54,852 nt of DNA, taken from Phoronis australis. Lineage: Eukaryota; Animalia; Phoronida. A model generated the notes under the pieces. The model saw nothing but the letters and a program-made list of their open reading frames with translations, had not been told where the DNA came from and did not search any database. The position numbers and the translations under genes are program-made. The stretch covers positions 1 through 54,852 of the forward strand of contig NMRA01001101.1 in NCBI GenBank assembly GCA_002633005.1, in the 5' to 3' direction. Positions 12,393 to 25,493 of this stretch are shown piece after piece; position 1 is the stretch's first letter, and every line of letters starts with the position of its first letter.

Positions 12393-14933
12393 AGTCCTTC
12401 TCTCACGCGTTGTTAGAGGATGTTATAAGGATCCAAGAAGTACCTACCCCATAACTAATACACGATCCGTACTCGAAATAAGTTTAAATGAACGCGCCGC
12501 TCACAATTCGCACCCGTAGAAACACCGCCATTTTGAACTTGCCGCGAACCCGGAAGTACAATTCATTCAGGAACCCAGGCCGAGAAAACGACGTCAGTGC
12601 GACTGGAGCAGTGCCTGTACTGTTACCAGCCAGCAAACGGGGATAAAATAATCGACAGCGCGCCTTAATTTTAATAAAATCAAAATACGGACAATTTTAT
12701 GGAATTTGCTGAAGAAATGTGGCGAATAAATTTTGACAGAAATGATTTTGCCAGACTGGGGACCGCAGCCTATCGGACCCGGTGCGGATCGAGACCAGAC
12801 ACTGGCGAACGGTAAATGCATGCGGTTGCAAGCTGTTTGCCGAAGTAAAATGGTCAAATTTTAAATGCTGCATATATTCAAGGGTAGTTTCAGACACTTG
12901 CATGAAATTACGGTCTGGTTAGTCATGTGTCACACTGCCGCGGCAGACCTTAGTTAGCCTCAGTCACCAGCTACCAGTGAAGACTATCGTCAAAGTACAG
13001 CTTGTTAGTAGGCCTATACAGCTTTGCGCCAAGGCTACCCTTAGGCCTAACTGGTCGCTGGCCACAGCGCTCGCTCAAACGAGGTTTATTTAGAACTTGG
13101 GTACTTCTGGCGAACTGTGCAAAGTTGTTGGCTTACAATAAAAATTTTCCCAGACTTTGTATGAGCGCACCAAGCCTAAAAGAATGGGGGCTGGAATTTT
13201 TGGGAATGTCTATCTTTTACTGTAAGATTCAGTGGGTACGTTCTGAGCTATGAACTGCAGACTCTACTGAAATTTTGGTACTTCCTGTCTTCTAGTGGAA
13301 TATTGTCTCATTTTCTACTTTTTTTCAGAATTCGTGCTTATGTGACTGAGGTAGACCTTTTTCCAGCTCTCCAAAAGGGGGCTCGTTCGAGCACATAAGT
13401 ATGACAAGTAAAATACAACATGTCATCATTTTTTATTCATTAACCGAAAATGATTCAAACTTTTAACATAATAAGTAACTTAAAATGTACAATACTTTAC
13501 AAAATTTAGCATTACAAACACTATTCAACAGTAACAGCTCCCATGATATGAAAGTGGACATACATGTAACTATTACCATGGTAACGGAATAGTGTTTCCT
13601 TACACCAGAATTTGACAAGCATCATTTAAAAAAATATGAAGTTGCAAGGAACAAGAATTAGAGGCTTGAAGCTTCACAGTCCAACATAGCTTATTTCCCA
13701 AATTAAGATTATTCATATTGTTGACTTGATAACCTGAATAAAGAAGCAATAAGTTACAAAACATGACTTGAAAGCAATCGAGACTTAAAATTTAGAAAAA
13801 TGTGAATCATTTTGTGACACCGAATCATGTCTTGAACAGCAGTTGACAGTCAAACAAAAAACCATTTCAAAATTATTTCAACTATTTTTTTAGCTTAGTG
13901 TAAGATCACCTGAATGGGAAATTTACAGTAAAATAATACATCTTATATTTTTGCACAAAAAACACGAAAATTGAACAAAGTTTCTTTTTTGTAGCAACGT
14001 TTGTCAATATGTATCAACGTTAAATCTTCACAAATTACAAAGTAGCCGATTGAACATGCCTCTGAGTTCAGCAAAAGTAGCCATGTTGTCGGTGCCGCCA
14101 GAAATGAGACGAAGTCCAACGGGAATTGTGAGCACATTTATCACTTAATGAGTAACAACTGTGAGGCTGAAATTTGTTGAACACTGTTAAATCGTGCAGA
14201 ATAGTAAGTAAAAATATGTCTAACTAAATTTCACCGTAATTTGTTGGCGAAAACAATTTACACAAAGTTTTAAACTCGTAACTTATCCCGCTGTCCTCCA
14301 ATATGGCCGACACGACCCAAACAAAGTGACCCACATTCCGCCACAAAACTTGCAATAACTTTACACTGCTTGCCCCGATTTTAATACTTTTTCGATTTTT
14401 ACTGAGTAAAATGCACTACCTTTCCGATGATACCAAAGTACTTTTTCAAAACGAGAAAAAAATACAACCGAAACAAATAGGTTCGACCCATATTGGTTCC
14501 TAGGTTCGACCGGCCTACGTAAGGAACTAAACACCAATGCTGTTAAACATACTAAGTACGCGTAAAATTCCAAAAACATGAACGATCACTAACTACAAAC
14601 TATAAATACACTACATATGCAAACGAATCACGAGATATTACTCACAAAACAAAATAATGAAGACTTTTCGAGCGAGCGATAGCACATTCAGTTATAAGGA
14701 AAAATGGCGGCTTTCAGGACAAGTTCCTGAACTGATGAGCCGGAAATGTGGGTACGGAAAAAACCGATGACAACCGGTAATCATACGCTCAGAGAGAAGG
14801 GTCAAATACTGTTCAAAAATCGCTTTCGGAAAGAAAGGCGAAAAGAATATAAAGAAAGGGTGTCGAAAATAAGATTTTATGTAGTAAGTATTTTCGGATA
14901 CTGGAACCAGATGGGCAGTTTGAGAGAAGGACT
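12393..14933. mobile_element. Non-autonomous Kolobok-like DNA transposon (family A, copy 1)
   Basis: TIR AGTCCTTCTCTCA / TGAGAGAAGGACT, TTAA on both sides (12389-12392, 14934-14937); both ends recur inverted at 21740-22652. Confidence 0.8.
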
Positions 14934-16692
14934 TTAAGCTTATTATGTATATAGTTCAATTGGGTGAATGCCTCTCGGCTCCAGAAAGACTGTGCTTAAT
15001 GCGTATAATTCGTCTGCGATCTGGCGGCTCTCAAAAGTTCGTAATAAAAGTTTACTGCCGTGTAGCGTTAACTATTAGTGGAACGATGCCGCTCTCGGCA
15101 CGCCGGCTGCCGGCCTAGAAAGCAAAGGGCCCCGAATGCGTAGCCTTGCCTTGGTGCAAGCTGTATACTAAATATACAGCGGCTGTTGGACCGACGTGGG
15201 TAAAAACTGATCAAGTAAAATCTGACACAAAATTAGAGTCATTAAAAATTACACACTTCCTTGAGTAAACTAACTTATTTACTGGCGTTCTGCCGTTCAC
15301 TCTGCTGCTAAGATTTAGGCACGCTCTTTAAGGTCGGCCTTCGGCGCCTTCACCTGTTGCCTTATTGGCCAGTTTCGTTCCCAGAGTTGTTCTTCTCCAA
15401 AGTATAACAAGCGATCGAACTGTTCTTTGAAATTGTGCACGTGTCATAACAAATTATTAGAGTTGATTTCATTTCATTCCAAGTTTTTGGTATTTTAATA
15501 CCAGGAAACCGAATTTCATAAAAATTTTGCTCCTGCGAAGTTGTCATCATCTCCCGACTGATGTCGCAAAATTTTAGGAAATTGCGCGTGTTGAGCGTAC
15601 TGTTTTCTTTGTTACAAAAAGGTGAGAATTATGAGATAAAATAACGTTTACTAGATCGTTTTTCACTTAAACGGCTCCAGCGGGCAAGGAGAGTGTCGGT
15701 TGACACCCAGATATTTGCACGTTACCCTGCCGGTTGTTGATATAAGTTTCGCGAGCACAGCTAATCGGGCTATGTGAAATTTCGGAGTCTAACGGAGCTC
15801 AACACACAGTGCTACTGGTACCAAGCTGTATTTGGAAGATAGTCTTCATACAGGTAGCTGGATGGCTAGGCCCCGGGATGAATGAACGTCACAGGAAAGA
15901 AAAACGAAATAACTTGTGATTATGCGCGTGTTGATCTGTCGACTGGACTACTACGTACTCGCTCGGCTAATGACCTATATCTCTTTGGGCTGCACAGCCT
16001 CAGTGACGTCACGAAAAACAGCGCTTGCAGTGGGGCTTTACAGAACTAATAAAGTTTTACTTTTCAAAGTAAAAAAGAAAAATACTCTGCACTATTAAGG
16101 AATTTGTGGATTCCAGTAACCAACCTTTACACAATCAAAATTCATATTAAAATGCTGAAACACATAGTTCAGGCCTCTTTTAATTATTACCATCAGCAAT
16201 GCAACACGCCATTTGATTAACCCAGAAAGTCAAGGGCACTCAGCCTCGGCCTCATTCTTTCCATCCTGGCTTTGTTGTACTCGCTCCACTCTATCAATTG
16301 GTGTACAAAGACGTGGGTAAAATTTTGAGACCTTTTCCGGGAGATATGTAGAATATATAGCTTGCGCAACTATATATACCCCATTGGGTATATGCCCTGG
16401 AACAACATATAGCCCGCAACTATATATATCTCACTAGGTATTCACCTCTTTCACGAACGCGGGGCGCTGCTGTCGTGTTGATCGAAAACGAGGCGCCTTG
16501 ACAAACATGGCATCGTCCTGCAAGGTGGTGTGGTCAAAAGACTTATCAACGTTACCAAAAATCAAGTTGTCTGATGTTGAATCGATCTCCAAAAAACATA
16601 CCAATACTTACGGCAACTAGACTTTTACCCTCCTCAGCCATTCCTTAGTAGTTTTCCCTTTTTTGAAAAAGTGTGGAAGTCAGAGTAATACC

Positions 16693-18440
16693 CAGGCTTT
16701 GAGTCTTGAAAAACCTTGCTACCCAGCTGGGCGAGTGCCGGAGCCAGAAAATTTTTACTCGCCAAGCCCGAAGTTCGGTCGCCCGGCCGTTGGCGCCAGT
16801 CACCACAAACTTGCTGCTAATTTAAATAAAAATCATCGTTTCGTGCACTGATGTCACCATCTATTAGGGCTACCGTATTCGCTCAAATAAGCGCCCAGCG
16901 AGGTGGACTCTTTTTGTAGCCTACGGCAGTTAAAACCTGGTCTCCGAAATGGGTGAAATCGGAAGCTAGGATTCATCAAATTTAGGCGCTGTGACGTATG
17001 TGTAACCTATGACAGACTAGCTACAAAAATGTGGTGCTTTGCTATCAAACTCTGTTGTTAAATTACGATCTTTTTAAAAAAATGTGCTGAAATTCCAGGG
17101 CGAAAACTTGCCGACTGATGCGTCGCTGCTTCGCGATCGTCGATAAGACAACTTGAATTCTTGCATGATGAGTAAAAATAGTTTCGACTCAAATTACCTG
17201 AGATCCTCCCAAATAGCCTTTCCTAAGATTCTTAAGTTCCTGTGGACTCGGAGTCGGGATAAACCGCAGATTAAGTCAAAATCTGCGCTAGATCGCACCC
17301 CGCAACGAGAAAAATCTGGACGAACACATATGTTGTTGTCACGTGACGTTTGTATTGAGGTGAGTCAGCTGGTGTGCACCGAGTGAGCGAGCGCGTGCGT
17401 GTCATCAGTGTTCATTTGCCAGAGTAGCAGGCCCAATGAGCTGTATATGTGGTTAATTTATCTCATTGAGCAGGCCCACATGTACATGTAGGCCCTAGTG
17501 CGCGCTTCTTGGCCAAGTTTCGATTCGCGGTTTTTATAATTTTACGTGTACAAAGCAATCTGGATTCATGTTGTGTTAGAAAATCTGTACGGGAGAGATA
17601 CAATACCAATCCCGTTGACCAGTACGCTGCGTCTGTTCGAAGGGCCAGACCATATAGTGTGACACTTTCCTCGCAAGATCAGCAAATCTTTTGCGTTCTT
17701 TTTGAAGCACTGCGGAACGGTTTGAAGTGTACAGCCACGGCTAAATACCGACATAGCGGTGAGGCTCGTGGTCTACCAGAAATTCCGCGCACAATGATTT
17801 TTCAGGACTGTCGGATATTATTGATAAATTGAATACATTACTGGAGAATTTTAGAACTGTGAGGTAAGACATTTTTCGCACAAATATATACACATTCATG
17901 GACTGGGCGCTTATTTTAGCGAAGTCTGGAAACGAGTGGGACGCTTATAGGGGCATGGGCGCTTATTATGACGAATTTTCAAAAAAAATAATTTTGGCTA
18001 AAATGACATTGTACATTACAAAAAGGAATCAATTCCAAAAATATGGTATTTCATTTGCTATGAGCACATGGACCGGTCTTCCACCTTTCTCCCATTTTCT
18101 TCGTTTCGGACTAGTCCACAAATTCTTTGTGCAAGACCACACACTGTGATTTTTTGACGAATCGCGTAACAGGTGACATGTACTGAATCAGTAGGGTCGC
18201 ACTGCGCCGATGTTTTTTACTGCCGGAGCATCGACACGATGACCAAACTGTACCTTAAATTCATGATAAAAACAGCACAAGGAGGAGGAAAATTATTCAT
18301 ATTCATCTGGGAAACGATATATAGTGCTTTCGCGCTTTAGAATTTGCTCGCCACCTGGGCGACCGGCAAGTCAACTTCTACTCGCCCAACACCATTTTTA
18401 CTCGCATTAGCGACTGGGCGAGTGGCTAAGTATATCCCTG
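16693..18440. mobile_element. hAT-like non-autonomous element (CAGG...CCTG) hosting a nested insertion
   Basis: CAGG/CCTG ends with clustered GGCGAGT/ACTCGCC subterminal motifs at 16715-16800 and 18340-18430; no matching TSD found. Confidence 0.4.
16873..17970 (+). mobile_element. Tc1/mariner-pogo-like non-autonomous element (TA|CCGTA terminus) carrying a HIRAN-like relic, copy 1
   Basis: Left end TACCGTATTCGCTCAAATAAGCGCCCA; repeated TGGGCGCTTATT at 17900-17970; body homologous to 26345-27608. Confidence 0.6.
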
Positions 18441-21400
18441 GGAGGGATACCGACGAGTTGGAATTGGTACGTTCAGGCACTGCACAGTACCTCATCAAGG
18501 CCAGCTGATGACCGCTCACGAGGTTTTATAAGTGTGCCTCGTTTTCGACCAGTATTTAAAGATGGCGCGGGAAGATGGCGCTTTCGTGAAATAGGTGAAT
18601 ACCTGTAAAAATTCGAAGGAATTGGTCTTATAATGCGCCCTCTACAGGAGAAAACGTTTTTAGGCCAAAATTGATGTGCGCATGCGCGATCGCCGATATT
18701 TCCGCCATTTTTATTAAACAATTTCTGGTAAACTTGTAGAAAACTTCCGGTCCATTTACTGTGCCGATTCTTAGCATTTTACGTAAAAAATTGTAGCCTC
18801 CAGAAGCATTTGAACCTCTAAATGAAAACAAAATGGCCGCCACAGCCGCCATCTTTGATTCAATTTTGACGAAAAACAATAAGCTACCAGTTCTTACGGA
18901 ACTACGTGTTATGTGTAAATTTTGCGATGATCGGACTAAAATTGCGACTTGTATCGTGCGAACAAACAAAAAAACAAACTTATTTCGGAGGAGCGACACT
19001 TGGCGGAATTAATTGAAAAGACGACGATGGGGAGGACGACGACAATTATGACGATCAAGGAGGCAATTATGAATAACACGATAGCATTCATGTGAGTAGC
19101 GAAGAAATCAAATAGAGAGCATACAATCAACTATAATGAAGAACACGCCGGCGCAACATGACGGTCCAGTCTACAGTAGAACAATGCTAGCTGGGTCAAT
19201 CTGGCTCAACTAGGCATAACCAAAACAAAGTGAACTGAAAGCCAGCCAGCTGGGTCCTTGCATATGTGACCGAATTGGAACAACGGTATCCGAAAATCTC
19301 GAATAATTCAAAAAGTAGACGTCGTAGCGCAAAATGGAAAATATGTTCTGAAAGCCCGTTCAAAATTCTATCTAAAGTGGTAGTTTGGCAAAAAGCCAAA
19401 AATTTTTCGAGAAAATTGAAAATTTGCCGTTTTTTGAAATTCAAAGTCAAATAACTCGAAAACGGTAAGTCTGAGAAATACGCTCTCACAGACTTTTTGA
19501 AAGGCTATACTTCAAGGAATCCACATGCAAAAATTCACGTCATTTGCTCTTCCCGTTAAAAACGCGACAGCAGAACGATTGAAACCGTGTGAATATGCGC
19601 CACAGCCGCCATCTCGAAAGTGACTTCCGGTTCAATAAACTTTTACAAAAGCTTATTAAACTCAATAAACCCGAGACCAGTTTGAAAGTGCTTGGTTCGC
19701 AAATGCGCCCTTTACAGGAGAAAACGTTTTTGTCCATATTTCGGGGTGCGCATGCGCCACTTCCAATATTTCCGCCATCTTTAACCGGAAGTCAACGATA
19801 TTCAGAACACTTGTAGCACATTTGTTGTACTATTATCGTACTAATTTTCAGCGATGTACGTGACCAGTTTAAAAGTGATTGTTTCGCAAAAACGCCCTCT
19901 ACAGGAGAAAACGTGTTTGGCCATATTTCCTGGTGCGCATGCGCCACTTCCAATATTTCCGCCATCTTTGACCGGAAGTAAACGATTTTCTGCGCAGCTG
20001 TAGAACATGCGTTCTAGTGTAATTTCTTAGATTTTCAGCTATGTACGTCGAAAAATGCGGCCTCTACGAGCATTTGACTGTGAAATCGGATACAAAATGG
20101 CCGCCACGTCCGCTATTATGTATCCGATCATGACCAAAAACAACAGGCTTCCAGGAATTTCTAATCTACACGTCGTGTAAAAATTTCGTGCGGATCAGAA
20201 GAAAATTGCGACCTGTACAGTTCAAACAAAAAAACAAAAGTGATGGCAGAGCAACATACTTGGCGGAATTCCCAGAATTCCGCCAAGTAAAAACTTACTC
20301 ACAGAGCAACATACTTGGCGAATTGTTTTCCGCCAAGTAAAAAAAAAAAGAACTTTTTGTCAGACCAACATGCTTGGCGGAAGAGTTCCGCCAAGTAATA
20401 AAGTATTACGCCTCCCTTCCCGTTTTTGTCAGTGGCATTCACAACGAAGAGCACTCCGAGGAGCGACACTTGGCGAAATTTCGCGAAAACAGGACGATGG
20501 GGAGGACAACGACGACGATCATGACGATGAAAGCGGAGATTATGAACAACACGATAACATTCATACGACGAACTTAGATATCATAAATTAGTAAGAAATA
20601 AGCTACAGTCTTGCTCAAATAAACTAAACCAACATCAATGCAGTAAGAGCGCTCAACAAAGGAACAGCACTATCAGAAAATCTCAAATAATTCGAAAAGT
20701 AGACGTCCTAGTAAAAAATGGAAAACATCTTCTGAAAGCCCATTCTAAATTCTATCTAAATTGATAGTTTCGCAACATTCCATAATTTTTCGAAAGAATT
20801 GAAATTTTGCGTTTTTTTCAAATTCAAAGTCAAATAACTCGAAAACAGTGAGTCTGAGAAAAACGCTATCATAGATCTTTTGAAGGAGCATACTTCAAGA
20901 AATCCAAATGAAAAAATTCACGTCATTTGCTCTTCCCGTTAAAAACGCGACAACAGAACTATTGAAAACGTGTGAACATGCGCCACAGCCGCCATCTTGA
21001 ACGTGACTTTCGGTTAAACAAAATATTTTTTAAAGCTTATTAATAGCAACAAGCACGTGACCAGTTTGAAACTAATTGGTTCGCAAATGCGCCCTCTAAA
21101 GGAGAAAACTGTTTTTGGCCAGATATCGGGATGCGCACGCTCCACTTCCAATATTTCCGCCATCTTTGACCGGAAGTCAACGATTTTCGGTACAGTTGTA
21201 GCACATGTATTCAATTATAATCGTGTCACGTTTCAGCTCTGTACGTTGAAAAATGCGGCCTCTACGAGCATTTGACTGTGAATTCCGCCAAGTAATGATC
21301 GATGAGCCATGCTTTCTTCCCAGAATCCAAAATACGTGGCGCTATGTGACAGGGCAGGAACATCGCTATTGGAAAATCTCGAATAATTCAAAAAGTTTAA

Positions 21401-21739
21401 GTTGTAGCGAAAAATTGAAAAGATCTTCTGAAAGCCCGTCCAAAACTCTACCAACTTTGAAAGTTTCGCAACATTCTATTAAATTTTTGAAAAAAATGAA
21501 ATTTTGCGTTTTTTTGAAATTCAAAGTCAAATATCTCGAAAAGGGTAAGTCTGAGAAAACCGTTATCACAGAACTTTTGAAAGAGCATACTTCAAGGAAC
21601 CCGCATGCAAAAATTCACGTCATTTCCTCTTCCTGTTAAAAATGCGACACCAGAACGATTGAAACCGTGTGAACATGCGCCACAGCCGCCATCTTGAAAG
21701 TGACTTCTGGTTCAATAAACTTTTATAAAAGCTTCTTAA

Positions 21740-22652
21740 AGTCCTTGTTGCAAACTGCCCATGTGGTTCTAGTATCCGAAAATACTTACTACATAAATCC
21801 TTATTTTCGACACCCTTTCTTTATATTCTTTTCGCCTTTCTTGCCAAAGCGATTTTTTAACAGTATTTGACCTTTCTCTCTGAGCGTATGATTACCGGTT
21901 GTCATCGGTTATTTCCGTACCCACATTTCCGGCTCATCAGTTCAGGAACTTGTCCTGAACGCCGCCATTTTTTCCTTGTAACTGAATGTGCTATGGCTTG
22001 CTCGAAAAGTCTTCATTATTTTGTTTTATTAGTAATATATCGTGATTCGTTTGCATATGTAGTGTNNNNNNNNNNNNNNNNNNNNNNNNNNNNNNNNNNN
22101 NNNNNNNNNNNNNNNNNNNNNNNNNNNNNNNNNNNNNNNNNNNNNNNNNNNNNNNNNNNNNNNNNNNNNNNNNNNNNNNNNNNNNNNNNNNNNNNNNNNN
22201 NNNNNNNNNNNNNNNNNNNNNNNNNNNNNNNNNNNNNNNNNNNNNNNNNNNNNNNNNNNNNNNNNNNNNNNNNNNNNNNNNNNNNNNNNNNNNNNNNNNN
22301 NNNNNNNNNNNNNNNNNNNNNNNNNNNNNNNNNNNNNNNNNNNNNNNNNNNNNNNNNNNNNNNNNNNNNNNNNNNNNNNNNNNNNNNNNNNNNNNNNNNN
22401 NNNNNNNNNNNNNNNNNNNNNNNNNNNNNNNNNNNNNNNNNNNTCGGCCTGGGTTCCTGAATGAATTGTACTTCCGGGTTCGCGGCAAGTTCAAAATGGC
22501 GGTGTTTCTTCGGGTGCGAATCGTGAGTGGCGCGTTCATTTAAACTGTTTTCGAGTACGGATCGTGTATTAGTTATGGGGTAGGTACTTCTTGGATCCTT
22601 ATAACATTTTCTAACCATGTAATAAGGGTTAACAACGCGTGAGAGAAGGACT
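21740..22652. mobile_element. Kolobok-like family A, copy 2, inverted relative to copy 1, interior is an N gap
   Basis: Reverse complement of ~14610-14933 and 12393-~12582; TTAA at 21736-21739 and 22653-22656; interrupts the array where another unit reads AAGCTTATTAAACTC. Confidence 0.85.
22066..22443. other. Assembly gap (N run)
   Basis: Run of N. Confidence 0.98.
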
Positions 22653-23231
22653 TTAAACTCAACATAAACGTGACCAGTTTGAAAGTGATTGCTTTGCAAA
22701 TACGCCCTCTAAAGGAGAAAACGTTTTTGGCCATATTCCTGGGTGGGCATGCGCCACTTCCAATATTTCCGCCATCTTTGACAGGAAGTCAACGATTTTC
22801 TGCACGCTTGTAGCATATGCGTTTCAATATAATCGTACTGATTTTCAGCTAAGTACGTTGAAAAATGCGGCCTCTACGAGCATTTGACTGTGAAATCTAA
22901 TACATAATGGCCGCCACGTACGACATTTTGAATGCGATCATGTCTAAAAGCAATAGGCTTCCAGGACTCTGAGATCTACACGTCGTGTGCAAATTTCGTG
23001 AAAATCGGACGAAAATTTCGACCTGTAGAGTGATCCTTCTGAGGCTAAGTATCACTGCTGTGCTGTGGATTGCAACTGTGACGGTAGAAAGTTGGATAGA
23101 GTGTACGGATATCTCTGGATGCGTCTAAGTACATTGCCTTTCAACATCAATCAAAGACAAGCAGAGCAAGTGGATAAAACAAATTCGTTGTTTATTTTGA
23201 TCCAAACAAAATCCGCTCGCTTGGTGATGCC

Positions 23232-23620
23232 TTTTTATGCGCCCACATATTTTTATGTGGGTGCATATTGCCGTCATTTCTGTCTGGACGTCCGGGCGTC
23301 TGGCAGCCGCGACTGTATCTCCTAAACCCCTTGCAGGATGTTATTGAAATTTGGTGGGTATGTACCTATGGGGTTGGCGACAGCGGGCGACGAGTTTCGG
23401 ACCGACTCCAATACCGCTGTTTCCCCTGGTGGCATGTTTAGTTTTTACGTTTGCCTCTGTATCTTGAAAGGTCCTCAACCGATTTTCATGAAATTTGGCA
23501 CATAGGCATCTATTAATGAGGTGACACTATCCTTTCGTTTTCGGATGGATTCGAGTTAATTTGTGCCAGCTAATGGCCATTTTTACTGTTTTTGAGTCTG
23601 TTTTTGGCATCTATCCCTCC
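23232..23620 (+). mobile_element. HINE/DINE-1-like element 5' portion
   Basis: TTTT-ATGCGCCCACAT...ATGTGGGTGCAT inverted end, CTGTCTG/CGTCC-like microsatellite, TGAAATTTGG core; 23380-23520 is a diverged reverse complement of ~31070-31210. Confidence 0.6.
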
Positions 23621-25052
23621 ATCAATCATTTCGTTGCTACGTTATTGTAAGCCTCATCGAGGCCGACAGCTTCTTATAGGCACAATTCTTAAAATAAAGA
23701 TTCAGTGTAGAACACTGTTCAGCATATTTAGCATTTTCTAGGGATGAAAACCCATAGTAATGCATTTGGGGTTCCTAATTAGTTTTCATGGAAATGTTTC
23801 TTCAACAATAGTCAGTTTTAGGGGTACTGCGTCACTGCCTCACCATCAACACTTCAGGTAGAAGTCTTCTAATCTGTGTAAGGGTCAAGCCGAAATCAGT
23901 TCCCTTATGTTATTCAAATAATAAAAAGTGCATGAGTTGAGTTCATGTCACCTTTAATCTGATATTATTATGAACTATCCCTTGCAGCCTTATGAAAGTG
24001 TCCATTTATTAAATAATCATAAAATTACCAAATACCGGTAAAGTCTTAAGCCAATTGTAAGATTTCGGGCTACGAGAATACAGAACATCAATGAAGCTGA
24101 CTAAAAACCAGAACCACATATTAGAACATGTTCTTGAAACTCAAGCATGCATTGTTTGAATTGTTGTTTATTGGCAATAAAACTAAATATACAATCACTA
24201 GCACTCTTGTGGTCAAATTGCAGCAAGATATCTTCTGTTACTGAGCTGAAACAATGAATCGTTTCCCATAATTCAACACTCCGACCTCACCAATCCCTAC
24301 TACCAATTTGCCCTGATGTCCAGTTACTGCTCGATATCTCAAAAACCCATGGCACAAATGTGTAGGTCATCACTAGGGCGATGCATGCTACTTTTCAATT
24401 TGCCTCGCACCCTGGGTCAGGGGCAGAACTTTTTAGTATTTCGGGGAGGTGTCTAGGGAACTCGTTGACAGATTTCAATGAAACTTAAGACGGAGTATGT
24501 GACAGCAATGCACTGGAGCCAGTCGACTTTGGGTGGATTTGGCCACTGCAGCATCCCATAACGGTGGCTGCTCTGTTTTTGGAGACGGCAGCAACCAGTC
24601 TTAAGCAAATTGCAGCAAGTGCTGTGCTGTCATCTCATTTCGTTTCTGCCTAAGTTTTTATCTCCCAGACTTAATGATGTTTGACGCCTGATCAATCTGA
24701 CTTACTCTGTCAGATCGCTACTCTCAGCTGTAGACTCCTGCATAATATAGACTTGTTTCAGAAGGTCTAATAAACTTGTTGTACTGTGTTCATAGGAATA
24801 ATTCTTGTTTCTCAAAGTCACTTCTTTCATCAGCGGGCAGTGATCAAGGCTCTCATCACTTGAAATTTTAAAACAACTGCTTGAGAGATGTCGTCTCGCT
24901 ATGGTTCAGTGTGGGCTTCCTTCATTTACAGAGGGTGACATGGCAATCGGCTTGTGATGTGTTGCAGAAAGTGAGTGAGTAAATTATAATAGTAAAAAAA
25001 TTCATTTTAAACACTGTAAGGTCCACAAGAGGAATTTATTTAAAATTTGTTC

Positions 25053-25493
25053 AATTTCTTAATAAGCTAAAATTTTTGATAAACTGTAGTCTTGTGTTAG
25101 TATCGTTTTTGTAGAGAACAGACGTGTGCGTGTGCATTCACCCGTGCGTGTAAAAATGTAGTTAAGTTGTCACATAGTACGTATAATTCATTTTTTTGAA
25201 TTTCTTATTAAACTAAAATTTCTGATAAACTTTAGTCTTGTGTTAGTATCGTTTTTGTAGAGAACAATCATGTGCGTGTGCATGTGCGCAATCACACGTG
25301 TGTGTAAAAATTAATGTACTTAAGTTGTCATATACGTATAATTTATTTTGTTGAATTTCTTACTAAACTAAAATTTCTGATCAACTTTAGTCTTGTGTTT
25401 GGTGTCGTTTTTGTAGAGAACAAATGTGTGCGTGTGCACATGCATGCGTGCATGTAAATATGTAGTTAAGTTATCACATACGTACGTATAATT
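25053..25493. repeat. Three-copy ~146-155 bp tandem repeat
   Basis: Units start AATTTCTTA at 25053, 25199, 25354 and share TAGTCTTGTGTT..GTTTTTGTAGAGAACA..CGTATAATT. Confidence 0.92.

Larger units (their letters stand above)
18460..23030 (-). repeat. Tandem array of ~0.7-1.4 kb Helentron-associated (HINE/DINE-1-like) units
   Basis: Marker AAAATCTCRAATAATTC near 19293, 20677, 21374; AGGAGAAAAC block near 18645, 19715, 19900, 21100, 22710; CTTGGCGG..CCGCCAAG hairpins. Confidence 0.7.

Noticed and set aside
12393-14933. KolobokP-type long terminal direct repeats or an internal transposase
   Set aside because: The two ends are not direct repeats and no convincing coding relic was seen.
20247-20398. 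CRISPR-like repeat-spacer appearance
   Set aside because: Only three units, low-complexity A-rich linkers, no cas genes, eukaryotic context; explained by transposon terminal hairpins.
20370-20591. Acidic Asp-rich ORF
   Set aside because: Arises from a GAC/GAT-rich tract within the repeat unit, also present at ~19020-19080.
21867-22699. Long ORFs spanning this region
   Set aside because: Artefacts of translating through the N gap.
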